This document shows positions 8,637 through 17,400 of a DNA stretch of 26,102 nucleotides, piece after piece. The notes below the pieces were generated by a model. That model was not told the origin of the DNA. It saw nothing but the letters and a program-made list of their open reading frames with translations, and did not search any database. The translations under genes and the position numbers were made by a program. The stretch is taken from the NCBI GenBank assembly GCA_050251875.1, contig JBFWMA010000003.1, positions 264,536 through 290,637 of the forward strand, read 5' to 3'. The stretch's first letter is position 1, and each line of letters begins with the position of its first letter. Source of the stretch: Deferribacterales bacterium (GTDB taxonomy: Bacteria > Chrysiogenota > Deferribacteres > Deferribacterales > Geovibrionaceae).

Positions 8637-10136
8637 TCAGTATATTTTTATATTATCTATGATATCAGACGCAAAATCTGATTTCAGCGTAAAATCCTCA
8701 GTTTTTCCTGAATTTACATCTTTCGCTCTAACAGTGACGATCCCGCATTCGTCTATGTCAAACTCAATATCAATTAAGGCTTCTTTAGTATTATTTTCTA
8801 CTGTAAAATCAAATTTTGCAAGGCTAATAAAGTAGTCGGGGTCATTTTCCGGGCTGTCGGAAACATTCAGGCTGGATTTCGCCATATCCTGAAGAACATG
8901 CACGGTGATTTTATCTATATCTGCGCTGGCAGTGGTGAATCTGGATGTGAAAGAGACGGGATACGGCTCGTTCTTTTCCAGTATGATCTCGAAATTGCCG
9001 TAATCGTCCTCCAGTCCCAGATTGTGGCTGGTGACGTCAAAGAACTTTCTGTCGCTGAGCAGTCCGGTGCGCATGCCGGCGTTCACCGCCGCTCCGCATA
9101 CAACCGCCTCTTCGGGGTTCAGGTCTTTGCTGACGGAGCTCTGAAACATGGATTCCACGAACGCCCGCACGTTGCATATCCGGCTTGCTCCGCCCACAGG
9201 CAGAACACGGCTGATATCTTCCGGTTTCAGTCCGTTGTCTTTCAGTATGTCTTCGGTGATCTTTTTTATGTTGGCTATTATCGGTTCTGTTATTTTGTTG
9301 AAGAGCGCCTTGTCCAGCTCCTTTTTGAAGTGGAGAGGTCCTTTCGGAGTGATGGTGATGTAGGGAATCACGAGATTGGTTTCGTTCAGACCGGAGAGCT
9401 CCATCTTCGCCTTTTCCGCCTGAAAAAGAAGCTGCTGATAGGCGATGGGGTCGCCCTTCAGGTCTATTCCGTGGAGTTTCTGAAAATCATCGTTCAGATA
9501 GTCCGCCACCGCCACATCGAAATCGACTCCGCCTATCTCTGTGGAGCCGCCTGTGGCTATCACTTTCAGGCAGTCTTTGTTCAGCTCTATGATGCTGATG
9601 TCCAGAGTACCTCCGCCCAGGTCGAAGACCAGACAGAGTTCGTTCTCTTTCTTGCCTATGTTGTTGTAATAGAGAGCCGCCGCAGTGGGCTCGTTCAGCA
9701 GGGTGAGCACCTCGAAACCGGCCGTCTGCGCCGCAGACCGCACAGCCTCTCTCTGGAGATGGTCGAAATACGCCGGAACGGTTATCACCGCCTGCGCCTC
9801 GTTTTCGCCTGTGTAGTCTTTATGCAGATTTTTCAGCTTTTTGAAAAACAGAGCCGCCAGCTCCACCGCCGTGTATTCACGTCCGTATATGGTGAACCGC
9901 TTGTCTGTTCCCATGTATCTTTTCACGTTGGATATGGTGTTCTGGGATTCCAGCATCTGCATGCTTCTGGCGTTGTCCCCTGTCACCGCTTCCGACTCGT
10001 TTTTGAAATATATTACGGACGGCAGAAATCTCTTTCCGCTTTCGGAGGAGATGACCTCTATCACGCCTTTTTCCTTGAAGATGGCTATCATGGAGTTGGT
10101 AGTTCCGAAATCTATGCCAACGGGATATCTGCTCAT
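8637..10136 (-). CDS. Hsp70/DnaK-family ATPase, 499 aa, lacking the C-terminal alpha-helical lid
   Basis: Hsp70 motifs [65 protein letters not shown]. Start reassigned from 10205 to the ATG at 10136 ([11 protein letters not shown]), which overlaps the parA stop (ATGA), has a GGAG RBS and matches the usual Hsp70 N-terminus. Confidence 0.92.
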   Translation of the reverse strand: MSRYPVGIDFGTTNSMIAIFKEKGVIEVISSESGKRFLPSVIYFKNESEAVTGDNARSMQMLESQNTISNVKRYMGTDKRFTIYGREYTAVELAALFFKKLKNLHKDYTGENEAQAVITVPAYFDHLQREAVRSAAQTAGFEVLTLLNEPTAAALYYNNIGKKENELCLVFDLGGGTLDISIIELNKDCLKVIATGGSTEIGGVDFDVAVADYLNDDFQKLHGIDLKGDPIAYQQLLFQAEKAKMELSGLNETNLVIPYITITPKGPLHFKKELDKALFNKITEPIIANIKKITEDILKDNGLKPEDISRVLPVGGASRICNVRAFVESMFQSSVSKDLNPEEAVVCGAAVNAGMRTGLLSDRKFFDVTSHNLGLEDDYGNFEIILEKNEPYPVSFTSRFTTASADIDKITVHVLQDMAKSSLNVSDSPENDPDYFISLAKFDFTVENNTKEALIDIEFDIDECGIVTVRAKDVNSGKTEDFTLKSDFASDIIDNIKIY

Positions 10137-10930
10137 TTTGACTCTCCTCTGCCGCCCTTTATCTTTTCCTGGATAAAGTCGGCTAAAAGGTTGAAATCCA
10201 TGCACCCTCTGCTGTGGGGGGCGAACAGGTTTATGGGGATTCTGTATTCCGGAGCCTCGGCTATCTTTATATCGTTGCGGATGCGGGGGGATATGAGAGC
10301 ATCGCCGAAGTTCTCGTGTATCTCTTTCATCACTCTTTTGGAGTGGTTGCTTCTGATGTCGTACTGGTTGGGGATTATTCCGGACATGCGCAGATCCGGG
10401 TTGAAAGCGGCATTAATGCGGTAAATGGTCTGAGTGAGCTGCGCCAGCCCCTCTATGGCGAGGAAGTTAAGCAGTATGGGTATCATGACGTATCCTGAAG
10501 CCGCCAGAGCGTTCAGGGTCAGCGCCGCCACTGTGGGGGGCGTGTCTATGAGGATGTAGTCATATTCGTTCTTAAAATCCATCAGAACCTTTGTCAGGCA
10601 TCCTTCCGGGTTCGGCTTGTCCAGAAGCTGTTTGATGAATCCGGATGAGAAGGATGTGGAAGCCGGGAGCACATCATAAAGCCCGTGCTCGGTTTTAAAA
10701 AGGGTGTCGTGGGGGCGGCATTTGCCCAGCAGGGCGTCATAGACGGACAGATATGTGTCGTAGGTGTTTACCCCCGACCAGAATGACAGATGCGCCTGCG
10801 GATCCAGATCAACCAGAAGCACCTTGTATCCCCTCTGGCCCAGCACTCCGCCTGTGTTCACAACTGTCGATGTCTTTCCGCTACCGCCTTTTTTGTTTGC
10901 AAATGTGACTATTGACGCCATTATGCTCAT
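10133..10930 (-). CDS. ParA/Soj-family ATPase (orphan; probable chemosensory-array positioning ATPase)
   Basis: Deviant Walker A KKGGSGKTS, LLVDLDPQA, Walker B YILIDTPP, and IAEAP. No parB in the window; first gene of the che operon. The start could be the second ATG at 10921. Confidence 0.92.
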   Translation of the reverse strand: MSIMASIVTFANKKGGSGKTSTVVNTGGVLGQRGYKVLLVDLDPQAHLSFWSGVNTYDTYLSVYDALLGKCRPHDTLFKTEHGLYDVLPASTSFSSGFIKQLLDKPNPEGCLTKVLMDFKNEYDYILIDTPPTVAALTLNALAASGYVMIPILLNFLAIEGLAQLTQTIYRINAAFNPDLRMSGIIPNQYDIRSNHSKRVMKEIHENFGDALISPRIRNDIKIAEAPEYRIPINLFAPHSRGCMDFNLLADFIQEKIKGGRGESK

Positions 10931-10940
10931 GATAGATGAT

Positions 10941-10967
10941 AAATCGGAAATATTCTATAAATATTAA
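10941..10967 (-). promoter_or_regulatory. Putative sigma28 (FliA)-type promoter of the parA-hsp70-che operon
   Basis: Minus strand reads TTAA (10967-10964)-N15-TCCGATTT (10948-10941), compared with the consensus TAAA-N15-GCCGATAA. Confidence 0.5.
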
Positions 10968-11058
10968 TAGGTTTTTTGCGCTCAGACGCCTATTTTAAAA
11001 CATCTGGACAAATGAGCGGGTTTGTGAAAATCTGTAAGAAAAAACAAAAGGGCGGTAT

Positions 11059-11592
11059 ATGGAAAGAGCGCTTTTTCTGGATCGTGACGGAATAATCAAC
11101 GTTGATAAAGGATATATTCACAAAAAAGAGGACGTGGAGTTCGTGGACGGCATATTCGACCTGTGCTCGCTGGCGAAAAAGAGGGGATACCATATATTCG
11201 TGGTTACCAATCAGGCGGGGATAGACAGGGGGCTTTACGACCATTCCCATGTGGCGATTCTGCACGGATGGATGAAAGAGGAGTTCAGAAAGAGAGCCAT
11301 AGAGATAACCGAGATGTATTACTGCCCGCACCATCCGGAGTTTTCCGGTCCCTGCCCGTGCAGAAAGCCGGAGCCGGGAATGCTTCTGAAAGCTATGGAA
11401 GAATACGGTATAGACGCCTCTGCGTCAGTGATGATCGGAGACAAAGCCGGAGATGTTCAGGCGGGCAAAAGAGCCGGCGTGGGCTTCTGTGTTCTGGTGT
11501 CCAGCAGATATGTGGATGATATTCCCGCCGAGGCGGATGCGGTGGCGGACAGTGTCAGAGCCGCTTTTGATATGTTGAGTGACAGATTATAA
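11059..11592 (+). CDS. gmhB: D-glycero-D-manno-heptose 1,7-bisphosphate phosphatase (HAD family)
   Basis: FLDRDGIIN (HAD motif I), VVTNQAGI, zinc loop YYCPHHP...CPCRKPEPGM, MIGDK. Confidence 0.92.
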   Translation: MERALFLDRDGIINVDKGYIHKKEDVEFVDGIFDLCSLAKKRGYHIFVVTNQAGIDRGLYDHSHVAILHGWMKEEFRKRAIEITEMYYCPHHPEFSGPCPCRKPEPGMLLKAMEEYGIDASASVMIGDKAGDVQAGKRAGVGFCVLVSSRYVDDIPAEADAVADSVRAAFDMLSDRL

Positions 11593-13428
11593 TCAGCAGG
11601 TTTCGATGCGGTTTCTGCCGTTTTCCTTAGCCTGATACAGGGCGTTGTCCGCCTGGCGTATCAGATCTTCCAGAGTGTTTTTTCCGTCCGGGATGAATGT
11701 TGCCACGCCTATGCTGATGGTTACCTTGCCGAACGGTGATTTTTCGTGAGCCAGTCCGGTCTCTTCCATCTCTCTGCGGATATTTTCCGCAACATGCAGA
11801 GCGTTTTTCATGTCGATATGGGGCATAACCACGGCGAATTCCTCTCCGCCGTATCTGGCGGCAAGATCATTTATTCTTTTCGAGTTATTGCCTATCACTG
11901 TTGCCACGGTTTTCAGGCACTCGTCGCCTGCCTGATGTCCGTATCGGTCGTTATATTTCTTAAAGAAGTCCACGTCCAGCATCAGCAGTGTCAGCGGAGA
12001 CCTGCTTCTGGACGCGTGAGCCCATTCTTTTTCTAGTGTTTCGTTAAAATGTCTGCGGTTGGCTATTCCGGTCAGTTCGTCTGTGTTGGACATTTTCAGC
12101 AGTTTGATATTGGCACGGTTCAGCTCGAACGTGCGCTCCTCTATCTTCTGCTCCATCGTGGTGAATACCTCGCTCAGTTTGCCAGCCATGGTGTTGAACG
12201 AACTGCTGAGCTGGTTCAGCTCGGTCACATTGCCGAAGTTTTTTATGGTGCTTTTCAGGTTTCCTTCCGAGATGTCCACAACATGAGAGTTCAGCTCTTC
12301 TATCGGCTTTGCCAGATGGTTTCCTATGCTGAAGATGATGAGCAGACCGATAAATGCCGCCACCAGAAACACGCAGGCGGTTATCAGCAGATCATTGTTG
12401 AAACTTTGCAGATAATCTTTTTCAGCCAGCACGATATAGACGTACATCTTCAGTCCCAGATCGTCTGTATATGTCTGTTTGTTTATCAGGTATCTTTCGC
12501 CGTGTATGTTGAAGAATTTTTCGCCGTCCGGTCTGTCGGCGAGATCTTTAAAACCGGCGATGAAGTTCATGCGGTCGTCCGGATATGTGGACGGGGTGTA
12601 TCTCTGCGTGTGGGATTCGCCTTTGGTATATACCGGAGCGTCGAATGTGGTCGCCAGCAGATTGTTGTTGGTCTCAGTGATGAAAGCGAAGCCGTGAGCC
12701 CCGAGATTAAGTTTTTTCAGATAGCCCGATACTTTGTTCAGTGAGATATCTGCGGTGATGGCTCCTACGAAGTTTTTGCCGGTCTTGTCATAGACGGGGG
12801 ATGTCACGCCGAGACCGAGTTCATCATAGGGCAGGTATTTATATACAGGATACCATGTTGTCTTGCCTGTCAGCTGCGCCTGAACAAACCACGGACATTC
12901 GGACGCCTTATAGACCTCGCCCTCTTTTATCAGTCGGGTGGGGTTATAGTCATTATCCACGTCATATGTGCGGACCTTCATTCCGTTAGAGAGATATGAT
13001 GTCATCAGTCTGACATGTCCTGTTTTCAGGTCTCTGGTGGCGCCGACATATTCGCCGTTTATACCACCGTAAGAGATGAATGTCAGATGGGTCAGATGCT
13101 GTATCTGGTTTATGAAATGTTTCTGAAGCGCTATGTTGTCGTATGGGTCCGGTCTGCCTACACGGATGAAGTCGGCATTGACATGGGTCACCACGGATGT
13201 GAGCGAAAATAGACGGTCAAGATGCGCGGTGACTCTGATGCTGATGTCTTTAGCTATGGTCTGCTGAAACTCCTTGATGGATTTCTGCGCTGACATATAG
13301 CTGAACACAGACAGAAACGTCACCATAGACCCGAAAAAAATAAAAAAGGGAACCAGAATAAACTTTCGCAGAGATATCTGTTTTCTGCTCTTAGGCTCTG
13401 CCAGTTCCGGGTTAACTGTTATCGGCAA
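11593..13428 (-). CDS. Membrane diguanylate cyclase (TM-dCache-TM-HAMP-GGDEF)
   Basis: Two hydrophobic segments flank a periplasmic Cache-like domain; HAMP (KPIEEL...ELNQLSSSFNTM); DELTGIANRR, DVDFFKKYNDRYGHQAGD, RINDLAARYGGEEF (RxxD I-site present). TTG start with AGGTG RBS. Confidence 0.93.
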   Translation of the reverse strand: MPITVNPELAEPKSRKQISLRKFILVPFFIFFGSMVTFLSVFSYMSAQKSIKEFQQTIAKDISIRVTAHLDRLFSLTSVVTHVNADFIRVGRPDPYDNIALQKHFINQIQHLTHLTFISYGGINGEYVGATRDLKTGHVRLMTSYLSNGMKVRTYDVDNDYNPTRLIKEGEVYKASECPWFVQAQLTGKTTWYPVYKYLPYDELGLGVTSPVYDKTGKNFVGAITADISLNKVSGYLKKLNLGAHGFAFITETNNNLLATTFDAPVYTKGESHTQRYTPSTYPDDRMNFIAGFKDLADRPDGEKFFNIHGERYLINKQTYTDDLGLKMYVYIVLAEKDYLQSFNNDLLITACVFLVAAFIGLLIIFSIGNHLAKPIEELNSHVVDISEGNLKSTIKNFGNVTELNQLSSSFNTMAGKLSEVFTTMEQKIEERTFELNRANIKLLKMSNTDELTGIANRRHFNETLEKEWAHASRSRSPLTLLMLDVDFFKKYNDRYGHQAGDECLKTVATVIGNNSKRINDLAARYGGEEFAVVMPHIDMKNALHVAENIRREMEETGLAHEKSPFGKVTISIGVATFIPDGKNTLEDLIRQADNALYQAKENGRNRIETC

Positions 13429-13452
13429 AATGCACCTGCGGGATTTTTTAAC

Positions 13453-13461
13453 ATTATAGCA
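13453..13461 (-). promoter_or_regulatory. Putative extended -10 sigma70 promoter of the dCache-GGDEF gene
   Basis: Minus strand TGCTATAAT (perfect TGn-TATAAT), about 25 nt upstream of the TTG start, in an AT-rich intergenic gap. Confidence 0.55.
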
Positions 13462-13505
13462 AATATATAAAATAAAAACACATTACTTTTATGCAAATAT
13501 ATAAA
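13459..13505. repeat. 13-bp direct repeat GCAAATATATAAA, two copies
   Basis: Copies at 13459-13471 and 13493-13505 (34 bp period); ACATTA occurs shortly before each. Confidence 0.7.
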
Positions 13506-13508
13506 TAA

Positions 13509-14465
13509 CTATTCCATCCAGAGAACTTTGTCTCTGCCAGTATGTTTACCAAGATAAAGAGCGTCGTCCGCCTTTTTAATGGCTTTTTCCAGTCCCAGAT
13601 TCTTATCGAACTGAGACACGCCGAACGTCATTGTGACGCTGAATTTTTCTCCGGCGTATGAAAGTGGGGTATTTTTCACAGCCTCTCTCAGTTTTTCCGC
13701 CACTGCCACCGCTTTGTTCAGATCGGTGTACGGCAGCATTATCAGAAACTCCTCGCCGCCCCAGCGTGATATAATATCCTGCTGGCGGAGGTTCTCCTGC
13801 ATTATTAACGCCAGCACCTTCAGCACATGGTCGCCTGTGTCGTGTCCGTATGAGTCGTTTATTTTTTTGAAGAAATCTATATCGCCCATTATAAGTGAGA
13901 AGTTGCTGCCGTTCCTTCCGCATCTGGATACTTCTATAGCCATCTGGTTCATGATGTTTCTGCGGTTTGCCAGACCGGTCAGCGAGTCGGTCAGGGCGAG
14001 CTGCTCTATCTTTTCGTATGCTTCTGTCAGTTCCCTGTTTCTCTGTTCCAGCAGGTCTCTGGACATCTTCAGCTCCAGATGGGTATGTATCCGCATCAGA
14101 AGCTCCGCTTCATGAAAAGGCTTAGTGACGTAGTCCACTCCGCCCGCCTTGAAACCTTTCACTATATCTTCCGGCTCGGTCTTAGCCGTGATGAAGATCA
14201 CTGGGATATTGGCGGTGTCCGGATCAGATTTTATCTTCTGGCAGACCTCATACCCGTCCATTTCCGGCATCATGATATCCAGCAGAATCATATCGGGCGT
14301 GTTGGAATTGATGAACTCCAGCGCCTCGTATCCGTTCATGGCGAAAGCCAGCCCGTATTTGGTGTTTTCTTTCAGTATATTTCCAAGAACTTTCAGGTTC
14401 TGTGGGTTATCATCGACAACCAGAATAAGAGTTTTGGAATCATCGGGATAGTTATTTTGACTCAT
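13509..14465 (-). CDS. Response-regulator diguanylate cyclase (REC-GGDEF, WspR-like architecture)
   Basis: REC (LVVDD, ILLDIMMPEMDG, FITA, YVTKP), coiled coil, DSLTGLANRR, RQQDIISRWGGEEF with RxxD. Confidence 0.95.
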   Translation of the reverse strand: MSQNNYPDDSKTLILVVDDNPQNLKVLGNILKENTKYGLAFAMNGYEALEFINSNTPDMILLDIMMPEMDGYEVCQKIKSDPDTANIPVIFITAKTEPEDIVKGFKAGGVDYVTKPFHEAELLMRIHTHLELKMSRDLLEQRNRELTEAYEKIEQLALTDSLTGLANRRNIMNQMAIEVSRCGRNGSNFSLIMGDIDFFKKINDSYGHDTGDHVLKVLALIMQENLRQQDIISRWGGEEFLIMLPYTDLNKAVAVAEKLREAVKNTPLSYAGEKFSVTMTFGVSQFDKNLGLEKAIKKADDALYLGKHTGRDKVLWME

Positions 14466-17400
14466 TTATTTCGTCCCTGCCTCTTCATGCATGGAGCTGA
14501 GAATCTTTTTCAGACTGTCGATCTCCATGTTGTCAATGGCGGTCTGGAGTTTATCTGCCAGACGGCGCATGTTGCCGTTATTGTGTCCGGCGGCAATCTG
14601 TTTTATTATATCAGAAATTTTCTGTGCCTGCTCAATATTTACCGCCGAAAAACTGTTTTTGAGCAGGTCTTTCAGCTCCTCGTTTTCCTCTGACAGAGCT
14701 ATCAGCTCGTGTATGAGCATACTGACGTTATCTCCGTCATGCATGGATTCGGGGGGCAGAACCGCCTCTGTTTCCAGAAATTTCATCAGCGTATTGATAA
14801 TGTTCTGAAATTCTATAGGTTTCGGTATGGCGTCCGCCATCATAGCGGATGACACCTGAGTTGTTCTGTCCGGCAGAATCTCCACCAGAGGGATGTTTGA
14901 TGTGGCGGCGTTGTTTTTCAGGATGGAAGCCGCTCCCTCGGCGTTCATATCCGGCAGATTTCTGTCCAGGATAATGAGAGATGGTATAACCTCCGCCGCT
15001 ATCATGGCGGCGGCGTTGCCGTTCTGCGCTTCCATTACGAACAGCCCGCAGTTCTCCAGCATATCCCGGAGCATGTGCCTGTGGGTTTCGTTTCCGTCCA
15101 CCACCAGAACTCTGGCTGGTCTGAACCGGGCAGAACCCACAGCGGCGATAGTGTCGAAAACATGTGAGCTTATCTCAATCCCCGGCAGATATACGGTAAA
15201 GACACTCCCTTTATCCTGACGGCTTTTCAACGAGATGCGTCCTCCCATCATCTCCACGAGTTTTTTGGAGATGGAGAGTCCCAGACCTGTTCCGCCGTAT
15301 CTCTGCTGGTTGTGTCCCGTTCTCTGTCTGAACGGCTGAAAGATATTTTCGAACTCGTTCTCGGGGATGCCTATACCTGTGTCCTCCACGTCTATTATCA
15401 GGGTCAGCCTTCCGTTCTGTTCGTCTTCTGTGGATATGGTTACTTTTACAAAGCCTTTGTCGGTGAACTTCACCGCGTTGCCCACCAGATTCAGCAGAAC
15501 CTGACGCAGCTTGGAAGAGTCGAATATCAGCGCCGGAGGCACTCCCTGTCTGATTATGGACATCAGAGAGACTCCCTTCAGCCGGGCTTTCAGGGAGAAC
15601 ATGGATATGATCTCGTTCGTCAGGTGGCTGATGCTCGCAGGAGCCGGATCGGGATGCGATCCTCCCGCCTGGAGTTTTGATATATCCAGAATGTCGTTTA
15701 TCAGTTTAAGAAGAGCGTTCGAGCTGTTTTTGATAGACTGAACGTAAGATTTTGATTTTGTGTCGCTGATTCTGGCAGACAGGAGCTCGCTGAAACCTAT
15801 TATGGCGTTCATGGGAGTTCTGATCTCGTGGCTGATGTTCGCTATGAACTCGCTCTTTGCCCTGTCCCCTCTCTCCGCTTCCTCTTTGGCGTTTTTCAGG
15901 TCGTCTTCATATTTTTTTCTTTCGCTGGTGTCACGGGCGATGGCGTATATCAGCCTGTTTTCCAGATCGGCGGAGGCGTACCATGACAGCCACACTGTTT
16001 TGCCGGGAGATGCGGCGTGTCTGCTTTCATAGTCTTTTATGCTTTCGCCGGATACCAGCCGTTTCAGGATTTCGCCGGCGTTAGTTCTGTCTTTTCTGGA
16101 GAATATCTGCAAAAACTGGCTTCCGGTGATATCCGCCGCCGGGATGCCAAGCAGTCTTTCGAAGGCGGCGTTGACATATCTCAGCTCACCGCTGAAGGTC
16201 ACTATGCAGATTATGTCGTGGCTGTGCTCAAATATTCTGTCTCTCTCCGCCCTTGTTCTTTCCGCCTCGGTGATGTCCACCATCTGCGCCACCATATACA
16301 AGGGTTTTCCGTCAGAATCCTTTGCCAGAGCGGCGCTGACGGAGATGATTATCATCGTGCCGTTTTTATGAATATATTTTTTTATGGCGTTGTAGTCGGC
16401 TTTTTCGCCTGATATCAGCATATTCAGGAGTTTTTTTGATGATTCGGAGTATTCCTTCTGCATGAAGTCGTATATCGATCTGCCGTTCATCTCCGCCGGA
16501 GAATAGCCCAGCATGCGGGCATAGGCAGAGTTGACCTGCATCAGTTCTCCGCTGACAGAGATGATCGCCATGCCGTTGGCAGAGGACTCGAATGCGGTGC
16601 GGAATCTTGTTTCGCTGATTTTGAGCTCGCTGGTGCGCTGTTCCACCATCTTTTCCAGCTCGGTGTTCAGGCGGTTGATCTTCTCCTCCGCCTCTTTGCG
16701 CTCTTTCAGCCTCCAGACGCCTTCCATGAAGTGCGCCAGACTGATGGATTCGTTGACTGTGTATTCAGCCGGTTTTCCGCTCAGAAAGAGAATCAGGCTG
16801 ACGCCCCCCTGAGCCATCAGCGGAAGGATCATATAAAAAGGCTGAGATTTGCTGATGAACGGTTCGTTCGTATCCAGAACCTCGTTCAGCCCCGGCATAT
16901 CCGCCGGGCTGATATATACTGCGTCCAGCAGGGAGTAAACCATCTTGTTGTTTTCGTTCATGGTGGCGATCAGTCTCAGCTTTCCAGAGTGTTCGTCCAT
17001 GATGCTCACCGATCCGCTGCGGCTGTCTGTCTGTTCCACGGCGCTGTCCAGAGCGTATTCCAGAATATCCTCGAACTCCGCCTCATACATCTGCCCGAGA
17101 ATGGCGAGGGAGCGGTTTCTTTTTTCGTTCATGGTGGAGAACAGCTCGGACTGTTTCTTGTCGGTGACATCGCTGGCGAAGAGCACCACGCTGGAAACGT
17201 CTCTGTTGTCTTCCAGAATGGGGCTGATGCGTGTTTCGTGCCAGCCGCCCAGCGATCTCAGGTCAAAATTCCGTGAGATGCCTTCGGATATCGCCTGCTG
17301 AAACTCGGGACGTATGATGGCGGAAGCTCCCTGGGGCAGGATGTCCCATATGCTTTTTCCGATCACTTCGTCTCTTTTTTTCTCCGTACGCAGGAGAAAC

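Noticed and set aside
10137..10205. N-terminal extension of Hsp70 given by the ORF track (522 aa)
   Set aside because: It lies inside parA in another frame; the ATG at 10136 has an RBS, an ATGA coupling and a typical Hsp70 start.
8898..10424. 508 aa plus-strand ORF antisense to hsp70/parA
   Set aside because: Long antisense ORFs opposite hsp70/dnaK genes are a well-known codon-bias artefact. There are no recognisable motifs, and the minus-strand genes are unambiguous.
13419..13426. Perfect sigma28 -10 box GCCGATAA on the minus strand
   Set aside because: It overlaps the first codons of the cyclase (TTG CCG ATA ACA) and has no TAAA/TTAA at 15 nt spacing; a good extended -10 lies just upstream.
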